From Candidatus Limnocylindria bacterium (GTDB taxonomy: Bacteria; Chloroflexota; Limnocylindria; P2-11E), in the NCBI GenBank assembly GCA_036565345.1, contig DATCNH010000047.1, forward strand, positions 1 to 63,572: a DNA stretch of 63,572 bases, read 5' to 3'. Shown here piece after piece: positions 26,321-35,535 of this stretch. Each line of letters starts with the position of its first letter. Position 1 is the stretch's first letter. Position numbers and translations under genes: made by a program. The notes under the pieces were generated by a model. It worked only from the letters and a program-made list of their open reading frames with translations. It had not been told where the DNA came from and made no database searches.

Positions 26321-27088
26321 TCAGGCCTCCCCGCGGCGGGTCCAGAACCCGTCGGGATCGTAGTCGCGGATGATCGTGAGGACCTCGGACGATGGCGGCG
26401 CGGTCTGGCGCACGTCCGGCGCCACGCGCAGCGGCCAGCCGGTGTTCGCGACGCACTCCGCGGCGCTCGCGTGCGCGTGATATGACTCGAGTTGCGCCTC
26501 GCCCGCAGCGAAGCGAAACACGCCGAGCGTCGTGATGAGCACCGCCGGGCCGCCGCGTGGAAGCCCGACCGACCGGCGCCAATCGCCGCCATTGCCGTAG
26601 CCCGGCGACGTGACGAAATCCACGCGCTCCCGAAGGCGCCGGCGGTCGTGCGGCATGATGACGATGAGCCGCTTGGCGAGGCTCGCGATGTCCGCTCCCC
26701 CGCCGCTGCCGGGAAGCTGGACCTCCGGATGCCGGCGGTCGGCGCCGATGGCGGTGGTGTTCAGGTTGCCGTGACGGTCAATCTCGGCACCGCCGATAAA
26801 GCCGGCATCGACCTCGCCGCGCTGGAGCAGGCCCATGAGGTCGATCGTCCGCGCGCACCAGGTCGCTCCCGCCACGTTGGGGGTATCCCCCATCGTGTAC
26901 AGCAGCTCGGGCGCCGGCACGTCGCGCACGACGCCGAGCTCGAACAGGCCGATCGCGTTCGGGGCATGGGTCCGCTTGGCGACGACGAACGCGATGAGCG
27001 GAAGCCGCATGCCGACGAACACGACCTCGCCGTCGGCGATCTCGCGGGCGGCCTGCGCGACCATCACCTCGCCCGCGGTGATCTCCAT
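26321..27088 (-). CDS. CoA-transferase subunit B (glutaconate/3-oxoacid CoA-transferase family I)
   Basis: 255 aa. GMRLPLIAF, FIGGAEIDRHGNLN and LPGSGGGADIA are beta-subunit blocks. It directly follows subunit A. Confidence 0.8.
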   Translation of the reverse strand: MEITAGEVMVAQAAREIADGEVVFVGMRLPLIAFVVAKRTHAPNAIGLFELGVVRDVPAPELLYTMGDTPNVAGATWCARTIDLMGLLQRGEVDAGFIGGAEIDRHGNLNTTAIGADRRHPEVQLPGSGGGADIASLAKRLIVIMPHDRRRLRERVDFVTSPGYGNGGDWRRSVGLPRGGPAVLITTLGVFRFAAGEAQLESYHAHASAAECVANTGWPLRVAPDVRQTAPPSSEVLTIIRDYDPDGFWTRRGEA

Positions 27089-28000
27089 CTAGAAACGCGC
27101 TTCGGCTGCGGGCTCGCCCACGTCGGCCTGGGCGGCGAGCGCGGTCCAGCGGCCGTCGAGCTTGCGAAGATAGGCCGCGCGGTCGGGAACGCCGGTCACC
27201 CACTCGCCGATCCAGCGCTCGAAGCCGGCGACATCGCGGGTCGCCTGGTGGTAGTCATGGAAGAATGCGTGGTCGCGCGCATAGCGCCCCTGCAGGGGGG
27301 ACGGGTGGCAGGCACCCGGCTCCTCGACCACCGCGGAGACTTTGAGGGCCGGAACGATCGTCCGATTCGGATCGCTCGCGATGACCGTGCGGCCGACCAC
27401 CTCGTCGGCAATGACGATGACCGTCCGCGCCGCGAGTCCCGCCTCCTGCGACACGCCCCAGGGACCCCAAAGATGGGCGTTTCCTTCGGCGTCGGCCCGC
27501 TGGCAGGCGAGGATCGTGACGTCGGGCGAGATCGCCGGGATCAGCAGCAGCGGCGCGCCGTCGAACGGGGAGACCGCCTCCTTGAACGTGCCGTTCGCGC
27601 GTGGGATGTCGGAGCCCAGGAGTGTGCGGGTGGGGAGATATGGCGCACCGAGCGCGCCGGCGAGCAGCGCCTGGGCGATGGTGAAGTTGCTGTGGTCGAA
27701 GACCCGGATGCGGCGGGGGATCCCCTGCTCCATCGCGCGGCGGTAGCAGTGGGCGAGGCCGGCCGAGACATTCCCGGCCCAGGCGGTGGTGATGCTCGCG
27801 ACGCACCCGGCGCCGATGAGCAGATCGAAGGCGATGTCCGAGATCGGTCCGATGAGCGCGAGATCGCGCTTCCCCTGTCGGATGAGCTCGTGGACCGCGC
27901 TGAACGGGATGGCCGGCTCGAGCGCGCAGCCGAGCGCGACCGAGCTCCCATCCGGAACGTGGTCCCGGATCGCCTCCGCGAGGGAGACGACCTTGCTCAC
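27089..28000 (-). CDS. CoA-transferase subunit A (glutaconate/3-oxoacid CoA-transferase family I)
   Basis: 303 aa. MSKVVSLAEAIRDHVPDGSSVALG and ILACQRADAEGNAHLWG are alpha-subunit blocks. Confidence 0.8.
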   Translation of the reverse strand: MSKVVSLAEAIRDHVPDGSSVALGCALEPAIPFSAVHELIRQGKRDLALIGPISDIAFDLLIGAGCVASITTAWAGNVSAGLAHCYRRAMEQGIPRRIRVFDHSNFTIAQALLAGALGAPYLPTRTLLGSDIPRANGTFKEAVSPFDGAPLLLIPAISPDVTILACQRADAEGNAHLWGPWGVSQEAGLAARTVIVIADEVVGRTVIASDPNRTIVPALKVSAVVEEPGACHPSPLQGRYARDHAFFHDYHQATRDVAGFERWIGEWVTGVPDRAAYLRKLDGRWTALAAQADVGEPAAEARF

Positions 28001-28773
28001 CGGCCGGTATAGCTCGGCTTGCGCTTCTCGGCGAAGGCGGTGACACCCTCCTTCGCGTCGGCGGAGGCGAACAAGCGGCCAACGGCCTCGTGCTCATAGA
28101 GCATCCCGTCCTGGAAGGCCATCCCGCCGCCGAGCACCGTCGCGAGCTTGATCTTGCCGATCGCCAGGGTGGGCCCGGTCACGAGCGCGGCGACGTAGTC
28201 GTGCGCGCGCTGCCGCAGCTCTCCCGGCGGATACACCTCGTCGACGATCCCAAGCTCCTTCGCCTCGGCCGGCTGGACCGCCGCGCCACGGAGCATGAGA
28301 TCGAGGGCCTTCTGCCGGCCGATGAGCCGCGGCAGGCGCTGGGTGCCGCCGGTGCCCGGCAGGACGCCCAGGGTGACCTCGGGAAGCCCGATGTTGTACC
28401 CGCCCTCGGCGGCGAAGCGGAAGTCGCAGCAGAGCGCGATCTCCAGGCCGCCGCCCAGGCAGTGGCCGTTGATCGCCGCCACGACGACCTTCGCGGTGCG
28501 CTCGAGCTTGGACATGATCTCGTTCGCATGGATGACGAACGCGGCCTGATATGCCGCGTCGGTCGAGGCGAACATCTTTACGTCGGCGCCGGCCGAGAAG
28601 AACTTCTCGGAAGCGCTCCGGACGACGAGGCCCTTCACCGCGGGATCGAAGCGCGCCTCGTCGATCGCGAGGGACAGGTCGTCGAGGAACGCCTTGTCGT
28701 AGGAGTTGGCCGGCGGTCGATCGAGCACGAGGTGCCCCACCGCATCCTGTTTCTCGAGACGGACGACGGGCAT
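27997..28773 (-). CDS. Enoyl-CoA hydratase/isomerase family protein
   Basis: ATG 28773 with GGGGGAGG upstream. HLVLDRPPANSYD, KFFSAGADVKMF and GHCLGGGLEIAL are crotonase blocks. The 615-aa ORF is a spurious extension. Confidence 0.85.
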   Translation of the reverse strand: MPVVRLEKQDAVGHLVLDRPPANSYDKAFLDDLSLAIDEARFDPAVKGLVVRSASEKFFSAGADVKMFASTDAAYQAAFVIHANEIMSKLERTAKVVVAAINGHCLGGGLEIALCCDFRFAAEGGYNIGLPEVTLGVLPGTGGTQRLPRLIGRQKALDLMLRGAAVQPAEAKELGIVDEVYPPGELRQRAHDYVAALVTGPTLAIGKIKLATVLGGGMAFQDGMLYEHEAVGRLFASADAKEGVTAFAEKRKPSYTGR

Positions 28774-28872
28774 GTTCAGCCTCCCCCTGCGTGATACCGG
28801 GTTTCGGTCACAATCTACCGGAGAACATGACCGACCCGGGCGGCGGCCCGGAACGATGGAAGAGGGTTTCCG

Positions 28873-30312
28873 ATGGCGCAGATGTATATCGACGGCGAGC
28901 TCGTGAATGCCCAGAGCGGCCAGACGATCGAGGTTCGCAACCCCGCGACCGGCGAGGTGGTCGGATCTGTCCCGCGCGGCGCGGTCTCCGAGGTCGACGC
29001 CGCCGTCGAGGCCGCGGCGAAGGCCTTTCCGGCCTGGGCCGCACTGTCCCCGGGCAAGCGCGCCGCGCTCATGCATGCGGCGGCGGCGAAGATGAAGGCC
29101 GCCGTCCCGGAGATCGCCAAGCTCCTGACCCTTGAGCAGGGCAAGCCGCTGGCCCATGCGGTCCTCGAGGCCTCGCGGGTCCAGGAGAACCTCGAGTACT
29201 ACGCCGGCCTCGCGGACAAGATCCGCGGCGACTACGTGCCGCTGGAGGATCCGGGCAAGTTCGGCCTCACCCTCCGCCGGCCGATCGGGGTGATCGTCGC
29301 CATCACCCCCTGGAACTTCCCGCTCACGCTCATGGCGAACAAGATCTGCCCGGCTCTCGCGACCGGCTGCACCATCGTGCTGAAGCCGGCCTCCACCACA
29401 CCCCTCGCGACGCAGCGGGCAGTGGAGGTCATCAACTCCGCGGGCCTGCCGCCGGGAGTCCTGAACATCGTCCACGGCTCCGGCGGCGAGATCGGGGACG
29501 CGCTGGTCTCGCACCGCCTCGTGAACAAGATCGCCTTCACCGGTCAGACCGAGACCGGCAAGCGGATCATGAAGCTCGCCGCCGACAACGTGACGCGCGT
29601 GACGCTCGAGCTCGGCGGGAGCGATCCGATGATCGTCTGCGACGACGCGGATCTCCGCCGCGCGAGCGCCGCCACCGCGATCGGCCGCTTCTTCAACGCC
29701 GGGCAGGCCTGCCTCGCGGTGAAACGCGTCTATGTGTTCGCCTCCGTCGCCGAGGAGTTCATGACCAAGGTGTCCGAGCGGGCGAAGAAGGAGTGGAAGA
29801 TCGGCAACGGCATGGCCGAGGGCGTGAAGATGGGTCCGCTCCATACCGAGCAGCAGCGCGCCGAGGTCGAAGGGCAGATCGCCGACGCGGTACAGCGCGG
29901 CGCCACGGTCCTCGCCGGCGGAACGCGACCGGACGCTGACGATCTGGCGAAGGGCTGGTTCATGGAGGCGACCGTGCTCCGGGATGTGCCGGAGGATTCA
30001 CGGATGCTCACCGAAGAGGTCTTCGGTCCGGCCCTCCCGATCGTGATCGTGAACGACCTTGACGAGGCGATCGCGAAGGCGAACGCGAGCGTCTACGGCC
30101 TGGGCTCGTCCATCTGGACGAAGGATCTGGCGAAGGCCCGTCGCGCGATGGAGCAGATCCAGGCCGGCTACACCTGGGTGAACGACATCCAGGTCGCGTA
30201 CGACCAGCTCCCGTTCGGCGGATCGAAACAGTCCGGCTTCGGCAAGGAGCATGGGCTCGAGGCGCTCGACGGCTATCTCGAGAAGAAGTCGGTGGTGCTC
30301 GCGACCGGCTGA
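28873..30312 (+). CDS. NAD(P)+-dependent aldehyde dehydrogenase
   Basis: 479 aa. FTGQTETGK, catalytic Glu in LELGGSDP and catalytic Cys in FFNAGQACLAV. Confidence 0.9.
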   Translation: MAQMYIDGELVNAQSGQTIEVRNPATGEVVGSVPRGAVSEVDAAVEAAAKAFPAWAALSPGKRAALMHAAAAKMKAAVPEIAKLLTLEQGKPLAHAVLEASRVQENLEYYAGLADKIRGDYVPLEDPGKFGLTLRRPIGVIVAITPWNFPLTLMANKICPALATGCTIVLKPASTTPLATQRAVEVINSAGLPPGVLNIVHGSGGEIGDALVSHRLVNKIAFTGQTETGKRIMKLAADNVTRVTLELGGSDPMIVCDDADLRRASAATAIGRFFNAGQACLAVKRVYVFASVAEEFMTKVSERAKKEWKIGNGMAEGVKMGPLHTEQQRAEVEGQIADAVQRGATVLAGGTRPDADDLAKGWFMEATVLRDVPEDSRMLTEEVFGPALPIVIVNDLDEAIAKANASVYGLGSSIWTKDLAKARRAMEQIQAGYTWVNDIQVAYDQLPFGGSKQSGFGKEHGLEALDGYLEKKSVVLATG

Positions 30313-30316
30313 TCCT

Positions 30317-31501
30317 TCAGCCGGTGATCGGCGTGGCGACCAGCCGGGCAAGCCCGGCGGCGAGCCGGTCGATCCCCGCCTCGTCGTGCAGGGCCCAGAA
30401 CGAGAGGCGGATCGCCTCGGGCATGCCTGGATCCGCGATGTGCTTCGCCACGATGCCGTCCTCGTCCCACAACCGCTGAACGAGCTCGCCCGCCGAGCCG
30501 GCCCCGGTGACTGGGGCGACGACGACGATGCCGGTCGGGTCGTCCGACCGTCCGAGCAGCCGGAATGGCAGCGGCGCGAGCGCGGCGAGGAGCCGCTCCC
30601 GGAGCGCGGCGATCCGTCCCCCGACGAGCCGGCCGAGGCCGCGGTGCACCGCGAGCGCTTGGCGAAGGCCGACGTACGCGGCGACGTCCACGGTACCGGT
30701 CTCGAAGCGGCGTGCGTCCGGCTCGAGCACGAACTCGCCGGTGAGGTCATGCGACACGCGTGAGCGCCACCCCAGGCGCGGCGGATCGAAGCGCTCCAGA
30801 TCGCCGACCCAGATCGCGCCGGTCGCGAGCGGGCCATGGAGCCACTTGTGCCCGAGGAACACCGCCGCATCAGCGTTGAGCGCTCGCACCGCGACTGGCA
30901 GCTGGCCGAGGGCCTGTGCGCAATCGACGATCGTGGCCGCTCCGGCCGCCCGGGCGATCCGGCAGGCCGCGGCGACCGGTAGCAGCCGCCCGGTCCGGCA
31001 GGAGACCAGCGACAGCACGAGCGCGGACGCACCGTCGGCCAGCGCGCCCGAGACCTGATCGAGGAATGCCGCGTCGTCCCGATATGCGATCACGCGGACC
31101 CGGTCGCCGCGATCCTGGCGCCGATAGACCGGGAGGAGCGCCGAGGCATGCTCCTCGGCGGTCGTGACGATGAGCGCGTTCGCCGGGAGGCGCAGGCCGG
31201 CGACGAGGGTATTCAGGCCGTCGGTGGCCGATTGCATGAGTGCGACGCGCTCGGCGCCACCCGGATCGCCGAGGAACGCCGCCAGATCGGCGCGCGTCGC
31301 GGCGAGGTCGGCGTTGTACGCGGCGTACCCGACATGGCTGAACATCCCCACCCCATTCATCCAGGTCCGGTAGCGCTCGGCCGCGGCCTGCGCGACCGGG
31401 AACGTCGGCCCCGAGCCCGCGACGTTGAAGTACGCGGTCCCCGGTGCGAGGGCCTGGAGCGCGGCGAGGGACAGGTCGGGCTGCGGGTCGACGAAGATCA
31501 C
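30317..31501 (-). CDS. Aminotransferase class V-fold PLP-dependent enzyme
   Basis: GTG 31501 in a GTGA overlap with the upstream stop. PLP-lysine context FLGHKWLHGP, plus TIVDCAQALG. The upstream 458 codons of the 853-aa ORF are noise overlapping real genes. Confidence 0.75.
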   Translation of the reverse strand: MIFVDPQPDLSLAALQALAPGTAYFNVAGSGPTFPVAQAAAERYRTWMNGVGMFSHVGYAAYNADLAATRADLAAFLGDPGGAERVALMQSATDGLNTLVAGLRLPANALIVTTAEEHASALLPVYRRQDRGDRVRVIAYRDDAAFLDQVSGALADGASALVLSLVSCRTGRLLPVAAACRIARAAGAATIVDCAQALGQLPVAVRALNADAAVFLGHKWLHGPLATGAIWVGDLERFDPPRLGWRSRVSHDLTGEFVLEPDARRFETGTVDVAAYVGLRQALAVHRGLGRLVGGRIAALRERLLAALAPLPFRLLGRSDDPTGIVVVAPVTGAGSAGELVQRLWDEDGIVAKHIADPGMPEAIRLSFWALHDEAGIDRLAAGLARLVATPITG

Positions 31502-31863
31502 CTCGCGGTCGTGATGCCCCGGATCGCCAGGCCCGCGGCGAAGAGGACGATGAAGCCGAACGCGAACGAGATGGCCCGGGGCGGCCGGTGGCGGACGAGC
31601 GTCGCGGCGAGGGGGATGACCGCCACGAGGGCGAAGCCATAGAGGATATGGACGCTGTTCGCCGGTGCGCGGCTGAAGAGCAGCACGACCCCGAACAGGC
31701 CCTGAGCCACCGCGGCGATCTCGGCGATGACCAGCGCGCCGATGTAGCTCGAGGTCGGCCCCTGTCCGCGAATGCCGAGCCAGAGCCCCCAGAGCCCGAC
31801 GATGGTGAGATAGAGGACGATCGCGGTGGCGACGCGGCCGTGCAGGCCGAGGAGCACTTCCAC
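31498..31863 (-). CDS. Small four-TM membrane protein (hypothetical)
   Basis: 121 aa with a GTG start. Four clear hydrophobic helices and high GC3. Translationally coupled to the class V enzyme. Confidence 0.55.
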   Translation of the reverse strand: MEVLLGLHGRVATAIVLYLTIVGLWGLWLGIRGQGPTSSYIGALVIAEIAAVAQGLFGVVLLFSRAPANSVHILYGFALVAVIPLAATLVRHRPPRAISFAFGFIVLFAAGLAIRGITTAR

Positions 31864-31903
31864 ACAATGAGGCTAGCCGATGGCCGGCGAGAGGGAGACG
31901 CAG

Positions 31904-32884
31904 ATGGAACGCGCCCTGAACGATCCCGGTGCCGCTCCGGCCCCGACCGCCGAGATCCCCGAGGTCGGCTCCGCCTACTTCGAGGGCAGGTTCGTCCCAT
32001 TCGCCGACGCGAAGGTCAGCATCGCCACCCACGCCCTCCAGTACGGCACCGGCGTGTTCGAGGGGATCCGCGCCTACTGGCACCCGGAACAGGAGCAGCT
32101 CTTCGCGTTCCGGCTCGTCGAGCACTTCGCACGCATGGAGCGCTCCTGCCGGATCCTGCGCATTGCGCTGCCCGCAGCTGCGGACGAGCTCGCCGATCTC
32201 GCGATCGAGCTCCTGCGCCGCAACGAGTTCCGAGCCGATATCTACCTGCGCCCGTTCGCGTACAAGGCCGCCCGGGTGGTCAAGGTGACCCTCGGCGGGC
32301 TTCGCGATGGCTTCGCGATGTACGCCTGCCCGATGGGCGGGTACCTCCCGGTCGGCGGCCTGACCGCGTCCACCACGAGCTGGCGGCGAACCTCCGACGA
32401 TGCGATCCCGGCACGCGGCAAGCTCACCGGGTCCTATCTGAACACGGCGTTCGCCGTCGACGAGGCGCACGAGCGAGATGCCGATGAAGCGATCTTCCTC
32501 ACCCGCGACGGCCATGTGTCCGAGGGCGGCGGCTCGAATCTCTTCCTGGTCCGTGACGGCGCCCTGATCACCCCGGCGGTGACCGATGACATCCTGGAGG
32601 GCATCACCCGCGACACCATCGCGACGCTCGCACGGGAGTCGCTCGGCCTCGAGATGGTCGAGCGGCAGATCGACCGGACGGAGCTGTATCTCGCGGACGA
32701 GGTCTTCTTCTGCGGCACCGGGGCGCAGGTCGCCCCCTGCGTGAAGATCGACGGCCGGACAATCGGCGCTGGGGTCATCGGCCCGGTGGCCCGGGCGATC
32801 GGCGAACGCTACTTCGCCATCACCCACGGCGACGACCCGGCCCATCCGGAGTGGCGCACCCCCGTCTATCGATCGCACCGATGA
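31904..32884 (+). CDS. ilvE: Branched-chain amino acid aminotransferase (class IV)
   Basis: FEGRFVPFADAKVSIATHALQYGTGVFEGIRAY, YLRPFAY and EGGGSNLFLV. ATG 31904 has GGGAG 6 nt upstream; ATG 31880 is the alternative start. Confidence 0.85.
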   Translation: MERALNDPGAAPAPTAEIPEVGSAYFEGRFVPFADAKVSIATHALQYGTGVFEGIRAYWHPEQEQLFAFRLVEHFARMERSCRILRIALPAAADELADLAIELLRRNEFRADIYLRPFAYKAARVVKVTLGGLRDGFAMYACPMGGYLPVGGLTASTTSWRRTSDDAIPARGKLTGSYLNTAFAVDEAHERDADEAIFLTRDGHVSEGGGSNLFLVRDGALITPAVTDDILEGITRDTIATLARESLGLEMVERQIDRTELYLADEVFFCGTGAQVAPCVKIDGRTIGAGVIGPVARAIGERYFAITHGDDPAHPEWRTPVYRSHR

Positions 32885-33741
32885 GGATCGCGTATCAGGG
32901 CGTGCCCGGGGCGTTCAGCGAGGCCGCGGCGGCGGGCCTGTTCCCGGCGGCCGACCTGATGCCGCAACGGAGCTTCGGCGAGGTGTTCGCCGCGCTCGCG
33001 GATGGCGGCGTTGCGGGGGCCGTCGTGCCGGTGGAGAACAGCCACGCCGGGATGGTCGCCGATGTCTACGACCTGCTCCGTGAGGACGACGGGGCGACGA
33101 TCGTCGCGGAGGCGATCGTCCGCGTCCGCTATGGCCTGTTGGGCGTCCCCGGCGCGACCCTCATGGGGACCAGGATCGCACGCTCGCACCCGCAGGCCCT
33201 CGCGCAATGCGACACCTTCCTCCGTGAGCATGGGATCGAACCGGAGGTCTCATACGACACCGCCGGAGCGGCCGCGGACGTCGCGCGCGCCGGGGACCCG
33301 CAGGTCGCGGCCCTGGCAAGCGGCCGCGCGGCGCGGCGCTATGGCCTCACCGTCCTCGCCGACGGGATCGAGACCTCGGCGAGCAACGCCACCCGCTTCT
33401 TCGCGCTCGCACCGCGGGGCGACACGTCGGTCGCGGAGGCGATCCCGGCGGCGATGCGCTCGGGGAGACCGAAGACGAGCCTCGCCTATGTCACCGCGAA
33501 CGTGCCCGGCGCGCTCCTGCGGACGCTCCAACCGTTCGCGACGGTGGGCGTGCAGCTCACGAAGATCGAGTCGCGCCCGAGCCGCGTCGCGGCCTGGGAC
33601 TACGTCTTCTACCTGGACTTCGAGGGCGACCCGGCGATCTCCCCCGCCGCCGACGCGGTGGAGATGATGCGGCGCTCGTGCGCCTGGGTGAAGGTGCTCG
33701 GGACCTACCCGGCCGCCGCCGAGGCGCTCGAACCCGACTGA
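32881..33741 (+). CDS. pheA: Prephenate dehydratase
   Basis: ATG 32881 in an ATGA overlap. IAYQGVPGAFSE, PVENSHAGMV, TRFF and an ACT domain with LTKIESRPS. Confidence 0.9.
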   Translation: MRIAYQGVPGAFSEAAAAGLFPAADLMPQRSFGEVFAALADGGVAGAVVPVENSHAGMVADVYDLLREDDGATIVAEAIVRVRYGLLGVPGATLMGTRIARSHPQALAQCDTFLREHGIEPEVSYDTAGAAADVARAGDPQVAALASGRAARRYGLTVLADGIETSASNATRFFALAPRGDTSVAEAIPAAMRSGRPKTSLAYVTANVPGALLRTLQPFATVGVQLTKIESRPSRVAAWDYVFYLDFEGDPAISPAADAVEMMRRSCAWVKVLGTYPAAAEALEPD

Positions 33742-33761
33742 CCGCGCTCCGCTCCGGACGC

Positions 33762-33793
33762 GCGAATGGCGCCGGTGATCCGGCGCCATTCGC
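33762..33793. terminator. Bidirectional hairpin between convergent genes
   Basis: Perfect 14-bp stem GCGAATGGCGCCGG / CCGGCGCCATTCGC with loop TGAT. It lies between the pheA stop (33741) and the stop of the minus-strand gene (33825). No U-tract on either side. Confidence 0.5.
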
Positions 33794-33824
33794 CTGGAGG
33801 AGGGATGAAGGATGGACGCGGGTG

Positions 33825-34472
33825 CTACTGGGTGGGCTTGGCCGTCGGCGTCGCCGGGTTCTTCGGGGTCTTCGGGGCCGCCTTGTCGTGGCGGCCACCT
33901 TCGCGGTCGACCAGCTTGACGATGGCCGCATCGACCTTGGTGCGGAGCTGCTCGGCCTGCTCAGCGGTGAGCTTGCCTGCGGCGACCGCGGCCTTGATCC
34001 GGGCCTCGGCCTTGTCCGTGAGGTCGGCGATGAGCCCGTCCCGGCTCTTACCCGACTGCTGTCCGGCAATCTGACCGAGGCTCTTACCCGCTTCGAGCTG
34101 CGCCTTCACGGCCTCAGCCGGAAGACCGATGTAGCCGACGCTTTCCTGGAAGACACCCCCCACGAACTCGCGGAAACCTTTGCGGTCGTGGTCGCCGGTG
34201 TGCTTGCTGACCGCGTCGAGGATCGCGTCCGCCTGCGCGCGGGTGATGACGCCCTTGTCGACGAGTACATCGAGGACCGCCTTCAGCTTCGCATGGCGGT
34301 CGGTCTTGTCCGCCGCGACCGTTGCGACGTTGCCCGAGGGCGTGGCCGCGAGCGTGAGGTCGCCCGTGCTGGGAGCTGCCGCGAACGCCATGCCGCCGAG
34401 CAGGCCGGCGCCAAGGATGCCCGTCCCGATGATCGCGCTGACCCTGCGGGTGCTGATCGATGCGAGCTTCAT
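33825..34472 (-). CDS. Secreted Ala/Lys-rich helical protein (hypothetical)
   Basis: ATG 34472 with GGAG upstream. Signal peptide MKLASISTRRVSAIIGTGILGAGLLGGMAFA. Repeated ...ITRAQADAILDAV / LTAEQAEQLRTKVDAAI helices and a Pro/Lys-rich tail. Confidence 0.6.
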   Translation of the reverse strand: MKLASISTRRVSAIIGTGILGAGLLGGMAFAAAPSTGDLTLAATPSGNVATVAADKTDRHAKLKAVLDVLVDKGVITRAQADAILDAVSKHTGDHDRKGFREFVGGVFQESVGYIGLPAEAVKAQLEAGKSLGQIAGQQSGKSRDGLIADLTDKAEARIKAAVAAGKLTAEQAEQLRTKVDAAIVKLVDREGGRHDKAAPKTPKNPATPTAKPTQ

Positions 34473-34567
34473 CTGTCGTTTCTCCGTTCCTGAGCGCCCG
34501 GTCGTTCCAGGCGTTCTGCTATGGATATCCGGCAGAGGCGGCGGGTGTTGCGCCGAAGGACGCGACC

Positions 34568-35479
34568 TTACGGATGCTTTACAGATGCGGGAGCGAAGAC
34601 CCGAAGCGCCCGCGGGAGCGTTTCGAAGGTCTGCGGGAGCGCTCCGACGAGTTGACCGTCGGCATGGACCTCCAGGGGCTCGCGCGACGACAGCACGATG
34701 CGCTTCCCCAGGTAGCGCCGGCCCCGGGCCGGACGATCGCGGTCGACCGCGGCGGCGATGAGCTCGCGGAGCACCGCCAGGCGACCGCCGCCGAAGACCA
34801 CCAGGTCCAGGCGTCCGTCGTCGATCCGCGCTCCAGGCGCGACCTCGAAGCCCCAGCCGTACCACGGTCCGTTGCAGACGACCGCCTGGAGGACCCGATG
34901 GCTGTGCCGGCGACCGTCGGTCTCGAACTGCACCCGGACCCCCGAGCGGCGCAGCAGCGCGCCGATCGCGGCGATCGCGCTCGAGCGCTCGCCCCGCTGG
35001 AACGCGTGCCCCGCCTCGAAGGCATGCGCATCCAGCCCGATGCCGGCGGCCTCGAAGAACAGGTGGTCCCCCACCCGCCCGACATCGATCTCCCGGTGGT
35101 GGCCGGCGGCGATGATCCGCGATGCGGCGATCCGGTCGTCGCGCGGGATGCCGAGCGCGCGTGCGATGTTCATGAACGAGCCGAACGGCAGGATCCCAAG
35201 GGTGGCGTCGGTATTCACGACCGCCCGCGCCGCCGCGCCGACCGTTCCGTCGCCACCCGCGACGAGGATCGCCTCGTAGCCCTCGGCGACGCCGCGACGC
35301 GCGAGATCCTCGGCGGTCGGCGACTCTGGCCCGGTCTCCACGATGTCGATGGCGGCAAAGCGAGCGCGGAGCGTCTGCAAGAGCGCGTCGACATCGGCGC
35401 GCGCGATTCCGCCGCCGGCAGCGGGATTGACGATCGCGAGCGCGCGGGTCACCCACGCAGTGTGGCGCCCCGCGATCAC
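34568..35479 (-). CDS. Diacylglycerol kinase-family lipid kinase (YegS/DagK type)
   Basis: LAIVNPAAGGG, VAGGDGTV and LGILPFGSFMNIA. Start at GTG 35479 or 35452. Confidence 0.8.
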   Translation of the reverse strand: MIAGRHTAWVTRALAIVNPAAGGGIARADVDALLQTLRARFAAIDIVETGPESPTAEDLARRGVAEGYEAILVAGGDGTVGAAARAVVNTDATLGILPFGSFMNIARALGIPRDDRIAASRIIAAGHHREIDVGRVGDHLFFEAAGIGLDAHAFEAGHAFQRGERSSAIAAIGALLRRSGVRVQFETDGRRHSHRVLQAVVCNGPWYGWGFEVAPGARIDDGRLDLVVFGGGRLAVLRELIAAAVDRDRPARGRRYLGKRIVLSSREPLEVHADGQLVGALPQTFETLPRALRVFAPASVKHP

Positions 35480-35535
35480 CCACGTGGCACCGGTGCTGAG
35501 CCAGGTCCCAGGGTGGCCGGCGGGATCGAACGGCC

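Noticed and set aside
28789-28811. Imperfect palindrome GTGATACCG-GGTTT-CGGTCAC in the divergent promoter region between the hydratase operon and the aldehyde dehydrogenase, considered as an operator.
   Set aside because: It has only 7 matching pairs with a 2-nt bulge, there is no regulator gene adjacent and there is no second copy. This is too weak to call.
30317-32878. 853-aa minus-strand ORF that looks like one giant protein.
   Set aside because: Only the last 394 codons (from GTG 31501) read as a class V PLP enzyme. The upstream part overlaps the real 4-TM gene and ilvE in other frames and is Arg/Gly-rich noise. The 615-aa ORF 27997-29844, the 474-aa ORF 17364-18788 and the 612-aa ORF 45006-46844 were trimmed for the same reason.
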